The translations under genes were made by a program, and so were the position numbers. DNA of 64,000 nucleotides from Thermodesulfobacteriota bacterium (GTDB lineage: Bacteria; Desulfobacterota; Desulfobacteria; Desulfobacterales; C00003060). A model generated the notes under the pieces. It searched no databases and had not been told where the DNA came from. It saw nothing but the letters and a program-made list of their open reading frames with translations. This document shows, one piece after another, positions 20,538-29,951 of this stretch (its first letter is position 1; each line of letters begins with the position of its first letter). Location: the NCBI GenBank assembly GCA_034189385.1, contig JAXHVD010000004.1, positions 96,001 through 160,000 on the forward strand, given 5' to 3'.

Positions 20538-20860
20538 CAAATCTGCGAACCATTCCTGGCCCCTTCCTTAAACCCATAGCCTGACTACCTCTCCGTCCAC
20601 TCTCCACAGAGAAGACAGTCATAACGCTTTAAGAGGTGCTCCTCTCGACGATATGAACGTGGCGATCACGCCGTACGGGAAGAGAAGATACCGTTTGTGG
20701 TCAGGCATCCCCCGTTTCTCTTCATTCAGCAAGAGAGCCCAACCAGGAAGACTCCTGATTGCCATACGACATGTGGTATTGCCGACCCTAATCCTCTCCA
20801 ACATGTAGGAAGCAGGCCCTTTGGAGTTGAAATGTCCGACCAGGTGTCTTATCACGACCT

Positions 20861-21853
20861 ATGAAGATAGGAGGCCTTACCCTAGACAACCCTCTCATTC
20901 TTGCCCCCATGGCCGGCATCACCCAGCTTCCCTTGAGACTGCTGGCCAAGGAAGCGGGATGCGCCCTTGTCGTCACCGAGATGGTGAGCGCAAACGGTCT
21001 TATCCATCGTGGGAAAAAGACCTTGGAACTTCTAAGAAGCCATCCTGCGGAACGGCCTCTTTCTGCCCAGATATTCGGGGCCAACCCGGAGGTCATGGCC
21101 GAGGCGGCCCAGATCGTCCAGGCACAAGGGGCAGACCTCCTTGACATCAATATGGGCTGCTCTGTCCGCAAGGTGGTAAAGCAGGGGGCCGGAGCAGCTC
21201 TGATGGCCGAACCAGATCGGCTGGAAGCCATCTTAAAGGCCGTCCGCAGTGCTGTGAGACTCCCTTTAACCATCAAGCTCCGCTCAGGCTGGGATCCCTC
21301 AGGAGACCAAGCCGTTAAGGTTGCCCGCATGGCTGAAGACTGTGGAGTGGAGGCAGTGGCTATTCATCCCAGGACAGCCCTTCAAGGCTTTGGTGGAAGG
21401 GCTGATTGGTCTTTGATCGCCCGCGTCAAGGATGCTGTCTCCATGCCGGTGATCGGCAATGGAGATGTGTGCACACCAAATGATGTGATCAAGATACAAC
21501 AGCAAACCGGATGCGATGGCGTTATGATCGGACGGGCTGCCATTGGTAATCCTTGGATTTTCAGCCAGGCCCTCGACATGCTCCACGGACGCCCTGCCCA
21601 AATGCCAGATCTGTCCGCACGCCTTGGCGTCACCTTGCGTTACATTGAATCATCTGTCAGTCATTTTGGCGAATTCAGGGCCGTGCGCATGATGCGAAGC
21701 AAACTTGCATGGTTCGTCAAAGGGCTTCCAAGGGCCAGTGGTTTCCGCAGCGCTATCGTGCGCCTGCAATCTTTCCAGGAAATGACGGATGCCGTTCGTA
21801 CCTATTTTGAGGGGCTTCAGACCTCAACTGAACCATTCCGTCGCTATCCGTAA
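20861..21853 (+). CDS. dusB: tRNA-dihydrouridine synthase B
   Basis: LAPMAG, DINMGC, GAGAALM, IGNGD and GVMIGRAAIGNPWIF. Confidence 0.93.
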   Translation: MKIGGLTLDNPLILAPMAGITQLPLRLLAKEAGCALVVTEMVSANGLIHRGKKTLELLRSHPAERPLSAQIFGANPEVMAEAAQIVQAQGADLLDINMGCSVRKVVKQGAGAALMAEPDRLEAILKAVRSAVRLPLTIKLRSGWDPSGDQAVKVARMAEDCGVEAVAIHPRTALQGFGGRADWSLIARVKDAVSMPVIGNGDVCTPNDVIKIQQQTGCDGVMIGRAAIGNPWIFSQALDMLHGRPAQMPDLSARLGVTLRYIESSVSHFGEFRAVRMMRSKLAWFVKGLPRASGFRSAIVRLQSFQEMTDAVRTYFEGLQTSTEPFRRYP

Positions 21854-21862
21854 GGGGGAGAA

Positions 21863-22128
21863 ATGACGGGTCTTTTATTCATTGACGATGAGGAAGGGGT
21901 GCGCCGCTCAATCATTCGAGCGCTAAAAAGGGAACCATATACCGTCTATACAGCTGAAGAAGGGGAGACAGGAATCCGACTGGTTGAAAACGAACCCTCC
22001 AAGATCACCATTGTGGTTTCAGATTACAAGATGCCAGGGCTTGACGGCCTAGAGACGCTGGCACGCATTGCCGCTATCAACCCTGAAGTCACCCGCATCT
22101 TGCTCACCGGTTACGCCACCATGGAAAG
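21863..22128 (+). CDS. 5' part (REC domain) of a split response regulator-adenylate/guanylate cyclase gene
   Basis: LFIDDE...VVSDYKMPGLDG...LLTGYATME, then abrupt stop in AT-rich DNA before the REC KP motif. Confidence 0.92.
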
Positions 22129-22279
22129 ATAAATAAAAAAGACATGAATAATATAATAGTGCTCTCGCTGTAGCTGAATCAAATTATAAATAGTTTATAT
22201 TTAAAGCAAAGTCTGCCGTTAATTTTTCGGTGGGCTTTTGTATTTTTTGGGGGAAATTTTTTCGACTCTTCAAAAAGCA

Positions 22280-22288
22280 TGTTATAAT
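22280..22288 (+). promoter_or_regulatory. Extended -10 promoter at the left end of the element
   Basis: TGTTATAAT in an AT-rich context. Confidence 0.55.
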
Positions 22289-22336
22289 ATTATGAGGAGC
22301 TGGAGATAACGTAAGAAGCTAAAAAAAACAATTCTG

Positions 22337-22396
22337 AAGGCCTCGTCGGGGAATCAAACTCCTAAGCGTTATCTCCTCCCGGCGGGGCCTTTTTTA
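22337..22396 (+). terminator. Leader terminator/attenuator-like hairpin
   Basis: AAGGCCTCGTCGGGGA / TCCCGGCGGGGCCTT followed by a T-run. Confidence 0.6.
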
Positions 22397-22423
22397 TTCT
22401 GTGATGAAAGGAGGTGAGAGAGG

Positions 22424-22582
22424 ATGGACGAAACTTTAGAAGAACGAGAACAGCTGGCCCACGAGGAAGCGAAACTCATAGCTCACGAGGAGGCTAAACA
22501 GGGCCAAGATTATGAGGAAGCCTATGAGGAAGCCTATGAGTCAGCATACAACGAGGCGTACCAAGAAGCTATGACGGACTAA
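22424..22582 (+). CDS. 52-aa highly acidic protein with YxxA repeats
   Basis: Strong SD (AAAGGAGGTGA); MDETLEEREQLAHEEAKLIAHEEAKQGQDYEEAYEEAYESAYNEAYQEAMTD; below the ORF-track length cutoff. Confidence 0.75.
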   Translation: MDETLEEREQLAHEEAKLIAHEEAKQGQDYEEAYEEAYESAYNEAYQEAMTD

Positions 22583-22600
22583 AGCAAAGGAGGAAATACA

Positions 22601-22966
22601 ATGAGTAACGAGGAAGAAGTAGAAAGAAGACATTGGTTGGAAGGGTATGTCAATGATGAAGATATGTCCGGTGAACCCACGTCACCGGCGGAGAAGCAGT
22701 ACGAAGATGCGCTTTGGAAAATGGGCTTCCAATATAGTCTTACAGATACAGGTTTAGTCTATAAAACTTGGGATGCTCAAGAGGCCACAGAAATCGTGGC
22801 TAAGGTGGCCGCGGTCGTTAGGGAATTGGAATTGGACGAAGATGCGTTTAGCCTGAGTCACACTATTCAACCCCAGTGCCCAAAGTGCGGAAGCCTTGGC
22901 CGTTTTTCTGATTTTCATTGTAGGGATTGTGGGGCTGAACTTTTGCCGAGTGAGTATTGTGACTGA
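22601..22966 (+). CDS. Acidic hypothetical protein with C-terminal Zn ribbon
   Basis: AAGGAGG SD; CPKCG...CRDCG. Confidence 0.75.
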   Translation: MSNEEEVERRHWLEGYVNDEDMSGEPTSPAEKQYEDALWKMGFQYSLTDTGLVYKTWDAQEATEIVAKVAAVVRELELDEDAFSLSHTIQPQCPKCGSLGRFSDFHCRDCGAELLPSEYCD

Positions 22967-23060
22967 ACTACTACAATAATTTTTGGGTGGGCGCTCCTGG
23001 AGGGTTTTGCCAGTCTCCTTCCCTTCGGGGGCGCTCCACCACACGATGAAAGGAGGTGAA

Positions 23061-24108
23061 ATGAGTTTTGAGTCAGTATTTCCACCAGACTATAAGCCGG
23101 GTTTGACTGTTCGGGGTGGCCCAGGAAAGCACAAAAGGATGGCTGAGAATCGCCAAGAAACGCTCACGAAGATTCGGGAGATCGACAGCCAAATTGACTT
23201 CAAGATGACGCTCCGTGGCTGGTGTTACATGTTAGAGCAAGAATGGGGCTTGGCCAAGTCCGACTTCAGCACTAAGGCAATGCGGTATTTCGGTGAGTAC
23301 CGAGAACGTGGGCAACTTCCCTTGGACTTCTGCCTCGAAGACGACAACCGAGCATTCAGCCAAGGAGAATCGCTTGTCGATGCCGTAGCACCTGATGACT
23401 TCGTGCAAGACGCTTTTGCTTCCTTGCGCGACATTCACACGTACTACAAGCCGCTATCCTTTTGGAACAACCAGAAATACTATATCGAGATGCTAGTTGA
23501 AAAGGCGGACCTCGTTTCACTATTCCGACCTATCTGCTCCAAGTTCAATATCCGAATTGCTAACACTCATGGAAATGCCAGCTATGGTCAGCGCTATGCC
23601 ATGATAAACCGCTTTCGGCAACATGAAGAAGAAGGTCGCAAGCCGGTGCTCTTGTATTGCGGCGACCATGACCCAAGTGGATTGATGATAAGCGATAGGC
23701 TAAAGCATAATTTCAAAAAACTGGAACTGGCAACAGGATGGAGCCCAGACAATCTGCTCATTGACAGGTTTGGGCTAAACTATGACTTCATTGAGAAGCA
23801 CAATCTTTCTTGGATTGACAGCTTGATAACGGCTTCTGGCGAGAATCTCGCTAGCTCGCGACACCATGACTATAAAAAAGCCTACGTGCAGAGCTACATC
23901 AATGAGTATGGTTGCAGAAAAGTTGAGGCAAATGCCATTGTAGTGAGACCGGAGATGGGGCGTAAACTTTGTTATTACAATTCTGCGCTACATCGACCTT
24001 CATGCCGTTGAGAATTTTAAATCTCAGATAAAGGATTCACAGCGAGTAGTTAGAACTTTAACTGAGGATATCCTTGAAGCTGTGGCGGTGGCGTTTATTC
24101 CATCATGA
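23061..24108 (+). pseudogene. Topo VI-A/DUF2399-like Toprim-domain protein with apparent 3' frameshift
   Basis: W.NQ.YYIEMLVEK and LLYCGDHDPSG Toprim motifs; ORF stops at 24011 but a second frame ILRYIDLHAVENF... stays open to 24108. Confidence 0.65.
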
Positions 24109-24223
24109 AGAGGCATTAGGAAAAAGGAGGCAAGAGAGATTTGGTACAAAAAAGTACCAAAGATAACCCCAAGAGAAAACACACAAAACCGGAGACAAAA
24201 AAACAGTTAGAGGAGGCAAGACA

Positions 24224-24790
24224 ATGACAAAAGACGGTAAAAAAGCGGTGGTCGTTTGGCTAGGAACAGATCCATTTCATGCTGAGAAATGCTGGCCTGC
24301 CGCCGCGAAGAGGCTTGGTTATGATGTTATCACTGAGAAAGACGTTAGGCAAGGTATTAGTCTGATGACAGCCGAACACCTTCAAGTACCACGTCGCAAT
24401 TACGAAGATCACGGTATAGACACACCTTACAACCATTGCAGGCAGTGCGGATGCTTTTTATGGGATGCACCGGGGCCATCACTGCTGGAAAGATGGAGCA
24501 AGCTATTTTTAAAAGCACATGAAATCGCTCAAAAGGTGGGCATGTCAATCGGCAAATACTACACTGCCCGAAATGGCTGGATAAGTGGTCGCACCTGGAC
24601 GGATGCTGAAGCGATAGAGGCAGTATGCCAAGACGAATATATAAGTGCACTGTGCGATTGGCTATTTATTATAAACGGTGAAGACATCCCCACTCTCGAA
24701 AAACCAGTCAAGGATGCCCGAATTACGCCTGATATTATTGAATGGCAAGATAGGGCGAATCAATACTTGGCAGATATTGGTCGGTGGTAA
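24224..24790 (+). CDS. Hypothetical protein (CxxC)
   Basis: GAGGAGG SD, 188-aa ORF. Confidence 0.65.
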   Translation: MTKDGKKAVVVWLGTDPFHAEKCWPAAAKRLGYDVITEKDVRQGISLMTAEHLQVPRRNYEDHGIDTPYNHCRQCGCFLWDAPGPSLLERWSKLFLKAHEIAQKVGMSIGKYYTARNGWISGRTWTDAEAIEAVCQDEYISALCDWLFIINGEDIPTLEKPVKDARITPDIIEWQDRANQYLADIGRW

Positions 24791-25045
24791 GGCTATTGGG
24801 TGAGATGATTAACACATCACACTCAACACACATGGGGCGGCGCTCAGAGTTCTGGTGCCGCCTCTGTTGTTTGGTGCTTTGTTGGGAACCGTGAAAAACG
24901 ACAAAAAACATGAAAGCTCTCTTTTTGGGCGCACTTTTTTTATAAGTATTTGTTTTTACTAGCTGTGAAATTAGCCTTGTCAATAATGCAATCTTCGAGA
25001 TCGCTTATTATATTAAAAATAAAAAGATTAAAGAGGTGTAGTCAA

Positions 25046-25243
25046 ATGAAGTCAAGGCTATGGGCAGTGTTACAAAACAGGAAACTGGAACAAAAGAAAG
25101 TCGCCGCCGAGCTGGGTCTGCACCATGTACGGTTGAACCAACTGTGCAACGGTAGGGAGCCGACCAGATTGGAGGCGAAAAAAATATGTGAGCATTTTAG
25201 TATGGATGAAAGCGACCTATTTTCACCAGTCCTATTTTTGTAA
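25046..25243 (+). CDS. XRE/Cro-like HTH regulator
   Basis: QKKVAAELGLHHVRLNQLCNGREP; GAGGTG SD. Confidence 0.8.
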   Translation: MKSRLWAVLQNRKLEQKKVAAELGLHHVRLNQLCNGREPTRLEAKKICEHFSMDESDLFSPVLFL

Positions 25244-25255
25244 GGAGCACAATTT

Positions 25256-25417
25256 ATGAACACAGACTATCTTCAGGAGAAATACCCGCTTCAACGCGTT
25301 GCGGAAAACCCTGTAAGGAACGGCCCGGGGATTGTGTGGCTGCTCGCGAAGCAGATCGAGACCAACAGCCTATTGAAAGCGATTTTGAAAGAACTAAAAA
25401 AAGATACAGATGAGTAA
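25256..25417 (+). CDS. 53-aa hypothetical protein
   Basis: AAGGAG SD; MNTDYLQEKY...LLKAILKELKKDTDE. Confidence 0.55.
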   Translation: MNTDYLQEKYPLQRVAENPVRNGPGIVWLLAKQIETNSLLKAILKELKKDTDE

Positions 25418-25551
25418 AACAGTTTTCACTGGACAAGGCTTTGCAAACCTTGCCCACAATCACCAACCGCCGCAGTCGGTAGGAATGACTTCTGACCTCC
25501 TAGTCTGGGTCCTTCCTCCGGCTGTGGTCACAATCAGACTAGGAGGAAGAT

Positions 25552-26166
25552 ATGCGAAGGAATGGGAAACAACCGAACGAGATCAACAAGGCCAAGATTG
25601 CTCAAGCTAGGAGCCAGCTTCTTAGGTGGCCAAAAGATGTGGTCAGCGCGGTTGTGGGTGACGTTTTCGAGATACTTGCACAAGAGGATGAGTTCTCCGC
25701 TGTCCGGGTTTCTGCTAAACCCTATAAATGGCCACAGTGGATTTACAGTACCAAAAAGCTTCGACACGTGATGAACAGGACTAGATTTCAAGACATGTAT
25801 AATTATCTTTGGCTCAACAAGTTCCCCTTCATCAAGAGGCATTCACACGTGTTCCTGAAGGTGGGGGCTGATGCAGCCGACATCCTGGTGAAGATACGAA
25901 CAAAGGACATGGCCAACAACCTGGACCCTCCTTGTTCGAAACAACTCGTGAATAAGTATTTGGCCTATTTCTCGCGTATCGGGATAATCGAAAAACGGGG
26001 CATCATTGCGTATCAGAACGTGTATTGCATCGCGAAACAGGGAAGCTTTCATGAGGTGATTTCAGACAATGGGACAAAACAGGTGGTGGAAAGGCCAAGA
26101 GTTCTGCCACTGCTTACGGCGAAGGCAAAGAGGGAGATCGAAGGTTTTGACACTATTTTCTCATAG
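25552..26166 (+). CDS. Basic hypothetical protein, possibly a wHTH replication protein
   Basis: AGGAGG SD; TKDMANNL..CSKQLVNKYLAYFSRIGII wHTH-like segment; followed by an AT-rich palindrome cluster. Confidence 0.55.
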   Translation: MRRNGKQPNEINKAKIAQARSQLLRWPKDVVSAVVGDVFEILAQEDEFSAVRVSAKPYKWPQWIYSTKKLRHVMNRTRFQDMYNYLWLNKFPFIKRHSHVFLKVGADAADILVKIRTKDMANNLDPPCSKQLVNKYLAYFSRIGIIEKRGIIAYQNVYCIAKQGSFHEVISDNGTKQVVERPRVLPLLTAKAKREIEGFDTIFS

Positions 26167-26170
26167 CTCT

Positions 26171-26400
26171 CATTATTCAGTACTGAATAATGAAATTATT
26201 CAGTGTGAAGTCACTGAATAATGGGAATCTTTGGGATATATTATAATAACTAGGGCTTAAGCAATGGCGGACCTTAATGTAATATATAATCTAATTCAAG
26301 TACCCTGTATATATATCAGCTTTTCCTTATACACTTTTCTCCTTCCAAGTATTCAGGAAGAAAAGTGTATAGGAAGTGGCGCTAAAGCGCCACCTCCTTT
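26171..26400. repeat. Cluster of palindromes/inverted repeats (origin-like)
   Basis: Perfect 22-bp palindrome CATTATTCAGTACTGAATAATG; ATTATTCAGTG-N6-CACTGAATAAT; TATACACTTTTCT/AGAAAAGTGTATA; GTGGCGCT-AA-AGCGCCAC. Confidence 0.8.
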
Positions 26401-26529
26401 TATTTATTCGTTCTGCTTAAATAGAGGGAGTGGTCCTGAATGAAACACAACCCGGTCCTGAAGAACACTAATCGACAAGGTGTCGCGCGCCGCTGCTGCT
26501 GGTGGTGGCAAAGGAGGAACTAGCAGACA

Positions 26530-26685
26530 TTGAAGACTACAGATCCCACTGAAAAGATATGCTGGCGCTGCCGCAGGGAGCATGAAGGACCATGCCCCTA
26601 TGCCGCCCATGCAACCGTTGACGACAAACACACCGGCGCTGATTGCTACATTGCGCCGGGCACAGAGGAGGACAAGAAGGAGTGA
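26530..26685 (+). CDS. 51-aa Zn-knuckle-like peptide
   Basis: AAGGAGGA SD followed by TTG; CWRCRREHEGPC; GTGA overlap with the next ORF. Confidence 0.5.
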   Translation: MKTTDPTEKICWRCRREHEGPCPYAAHATVDDKHTGADCYIAPGTEEDKKE

Positions 26686-26831
26686 ATAAAAGTACGGGAC
26701 GATGGATCGAGCCCATTGTAAAACCGGACCCCGAAGTGCAAGAGCTTCAGAAACGCTCGGGCAACTTTGACCCCCCGGTCAAGAGAAGACCAGGAAGACC
26801 AAAGGGGTCAAAGACCAAGAAGAAGAAATGA
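26682..26831 (+). CDS. Small basic protein with AT-hook-like motif
   Basis: RRPGRPKGSKTKKKK; ATGA overlap with terL. Confidence 0.6.
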   Translation: MNKSTGRWIEPIVKPDPEVQELQKRSGNFDPPVKRRPGRPKGSKTKKKK

Positions 26832-28558
26832 TTGTACCCAAGATAGACAGACCAACCACACAAAGACTCCTGAAGATCCTGCGGGCTTTTATCACAAATG
26901 AGCAGGAGCAGAGCATGTGGCCCGTTTTGGATTTGACAGTGGACATGCTTCTTGATGACCCAGAGTTTCACTATTACTACACTGACACGTTTGAGTTTTA
27001 TTTGGAAAATGGCATTCACAACCGGATGGCACTCCATGCTTTCATTCGCCTTTTCTGTGGGTTCGACATTACAAGGCGGGGGGGCGTCGGAAAAGAGCCG
27101 TTTTGCAGTCCCTTTGATTTTGTGGCTGTCTTATTCTTTCAGGAGTGCCGGGATGCGCTGGCCATGGGATCACGAGCCAGCGGCAAGACTCTTGCTCTGG
27201 CCGTTTTGATTTACTTGTGGGCACTTTTCTACCCCGAGTGCGAAACGACAACCTGCGCTGCGACTAAGGATCAGTCATCGCGGGCTTTTTTGTATTTGCG
27301 AAAACTATGTACGAGCAGCAATGCAAGCAACAAACTTCTTAGTTCAAAGCCGACCGCTAAAGCTATCAAATGGGGAAACGGCTCTAGCGTGGAAATGACT
27401 ACTTCAAGTTTGGAGGGAGCGAATGCGCTTCATCCCAGCAAACTCCTTGCCGACGAATCGGAACTTTTGGACTGGAGGGTGGTAGAGGAAATGCTCTCGT
27501 GTGCTATATCACAAGGGGACATACAGGCGAGCACGGTCTTTCTGTCAAGTAGGAAGTTTCTGGACGGACCATTTCAAAGGCTGCTTGAGATGGCAAAAGA
27601 AAATCCCAAGACATACAAAATCTTCAATTGGAGTGCGTGGCAGGCCGTTGAAAGGTGTATGCGGAAATGTGACGACAAGGTTCATGGCAGGTGCGAACTG
27701 CAAGAGCTATGCAAGGGGCGGCTCCGAAAGAGTGACGGCCACTTGGACCTAGAAGACTTCAAGGCGAAGGTACGCCTTCTTTCCGATGAAGTTCTAAAAA
27801 GTCAATGGTTGAATCTCAAGCCGGTTATCACTTCGACGGTGTTCAATAACTATTATGAACCGGAAGTCAGTCTGATTTCACAGCCCGAAGATTTTCATTA
27901 TGATTTCACAGTCTGCGGTATTGACTGGGGGTCAACCAAGGCCAGCAATCTTGTTTTTCAACGATGGCTCGTGGATGTGAGCGACCTTCGTGACGATGCC
28001 ACGGGCCATGTGGATGTTGATAGTTATAAGAAGCCGACACTGTATCTTGCCTATGAATACCGGTCCGCCACTTCGGACATGGCTAGGCTGGCCAGGGCTA
28101 TACTTGAAAGCCCCTATAGAGAGGACTATGAATTGATCTTTGTGGACCCTTCTGGCAAGAGCCTGCGAAATGAACTGGCGCGTTTTGGGATAGAAACAGA
28201 GACGCCACTGGTCACGGGAGTGCAAGAAGGAATTGAGGTTCTGAAGGGGTATCTGAAACCCTATTGGTCAGGCAGGAAGCGCAAGTCGTGCCTATACATT
28301 TTAGACGGTTATTATCACGGTGAGCCAGACCTGGAGCCCACGCACAAAGAGCTTCAACTGATGCGTCACGTCACAAAGCCAGACGGCACCTTGTCACAGA
28401 ATATAGTGAAGGCGCATGACCACGGTGTTGACGCGGCACGATACGCCATAACTGCCGTGCGAAGCGTCATTGAGAGCCTTTATGCCCAGGACTTTGACGA
28501 GGATTTGGGACAGCTTGAACAGTTTGCCGAGACTTTTGGGATTGAAATCTTGGCCTAG
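26828..28558 (+). CDS. Phage terminase large subunit
   Basis: Walker A GSRASGKT, Walker B LLADESE, RNase H-like nuclease GIDWG...VDPS...DHGVDAARY. Confidence 0.88.
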   Translation: MIVPKIDRPTTQRLLKILRAFITNEQEQSMWPVLDLTVDMLLDDPEFHYYYTDTFEFYLENGIHNRMALHAFIRLFCGFDITRRGGVGKEPFCSPFDFVAVLFFQECRDALAMGSRASGKTLALAVLIYLWALFYPECETTTCAATKDQSSRAFLYLRKLCTSSNASNKLLSSKPTAKAIKWGNGSSVEMTTSSLEGANALHPSKLLADESELLDWRVVEEMLSCAISQGDIQASTVFLSSRKFLDGPFQRLLEMAKENPKTYKIFNWSAWQAVERCMRKCDDKVHGRCELQELCKGRLRKSDGHLDLEDFKAKVRLLSDEVLKSQWLNLKPVITSTVFNNYYEPEVSLISQPEDFHYDFTVCGIDWGSTKASNLVFQRWLVDVSDLRDDATGHVDVDSYKKPTLYLAYEYRSATSDMARLARAILESPYREDYELIFVDPSGKSLRNELARFGIETETPLVTGVQEGIEVLKGYLKPYWSGRKRKSCLYILDGYYHGEPDLEPTHKELQLMRHVTKPDGTLSQNIVKAHDHGVDAARYAITAVRSVIESLYAQDFDEDLGQLEQFAETFGIEILA

Positions 28559-28570
28559 GAAATAGAATCA

Positions 28571-29341
28571 ATGGCAGATTATGACGAGAGAAAATTTGAA
28601 GAGGTTCTGAGCCTAGTAGGCAAAGGCAACACCCTGGACACGGCATGTTACAGCTCTGGAATCGAACCGAGGCGAGTGAGAAGTTGGATCAAAGCCAACA
28701 GAGGAACCTGCGGGTTGAAATATAAGCAAGCCAAGGCACGATTCATAACGGAGCTAAGAAGTCAGATGTTGGCAGCGCCGCCCGGAGACAAAAGAAACGC
28801 GCTTGCCAGGGAATTGGCTGCACATGATCCCAGCTTTGCGAGGAGCGTGGCACAACAGCACAAGCGGTTGATCGAGCAGGAAGACAAGGAAAGGGACAAG
28901 GCACTTGAGCAAACACTTGGCAGGGTTGATTATGGCTTCGCGGGATGGAAGCTGAAGAAGCGGGACGGTGTAAGGAAGCTAAAGGCGGGCAATCTTGACG
29001 AGAAGGCACTTAAAACAATCTGGTCTTGGAGTCTGGCCGGAGAAGACAAGAAGGACATCAAAGAGAGATACGACTTCGAGCAGAGGATTCTTGGAAATGC
29101 TACCAAGCAGAGCATGAAACAAGTAGCAGAAAAAATAAAGGCGCTGATGGTGGGAAGGAACAAGATGAGCAAGGACGAGGAGCGACTTCTCACTGAAAAG
29201 ATAGTCACAGCAAAAAAGACCAAGAGTCCTTATAAACTGAAGGATTCAAATGGAGGGGTGATAGAGCTTCCAGCGATTGAGCTAGAGTGGAAACAGGAAA
29301 AGAAAAAGACAGTCAGGAGAAAGAAGAAAACAAGAAGATAA
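28571..29341 (+). CDS. Hypothetical protein with terminase-small-subunit-like N-terminal HTH
   Basis: VLSLVGKGNTLDTACYSSGIEPRRVRSWI...YKQAKA. Confidence 0.5.
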   Translation: MADYDERKFEEVLSLVGKGNTLDTACYSSGIEPRRVRSWIKANRGTCGLKYKQAKARFITELRSQMLAAPPGDKRNALARELAAHDPSFARSVAQQHKRLIEQEDKERDKALEQTLGRVDYGFAGWKLKKRDGVRKLKAGNLDEKALKTIWSWSLAGEDKKDIKERYDFEQRILGNATKQSMKQVAEKIKALMVGRNKMSKDEERLLTEKIVTAKKTKSPYKLKDSNGGVIELPAIELEWKQEKKKTVRRKKKTRR

Positions 29342-29951
29342 AGAGAGAATAGCGTGATTCGAAACGCTGGCAGGGATGTGCCTCCTTTTTCGGAAGTGGC
29401 CTCCTTTTTGGGTTGGCTAAACAATTCTCAATAGGATTACAAATCCAATAAGAACGTTTAATGCAATTATGTAATTAAACATAAGCATCACCTCTTTGAA
29501 AAGGATTTCCCTGCCAGCGTGCATAAGATACCAAAGGTAGGAAGTTTTGTCAAGGAGGGGGAAGAATAAGAAAGGATGATATAGTGATTGAAGATGGGGG
29601 GTATATGATAGTGGTCAAGAAGCAGGCACTAGAAAAATGCCTATATACCACACAAATAGAAAGCTTTTCTGAGTGCTCTATTTGCTACATAGGGACTGAG
29701 AGGGAAACCACATAAGAACATGGAAGCAGAGACAGGTTATAAGCACTTAAAATATATTAGAAAACAGGAGGAACAGCTTTCAAGTCTACATATTGGGGTG
29801 TGGCTACTCAGCAAGTCCACGCCCAGCTTGTATTTGAGAGCGACACCATCGGCAAACATAAGCTACAAAAGGCTTTACAAATGACATCGGAACATATTAA
29901 AATATGGCTGTTTCAGAGCCTAAAACACGCAACAGGAAAGGGGCAAATCGG

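Noticed and set aside
20861..21853. Element integrated into dusB (dus-associated island)
   Set aside because: dusB is intact; the junction is 266 nt into the next gene, and the integrase is a serine, not a tyrosine, recombinase.
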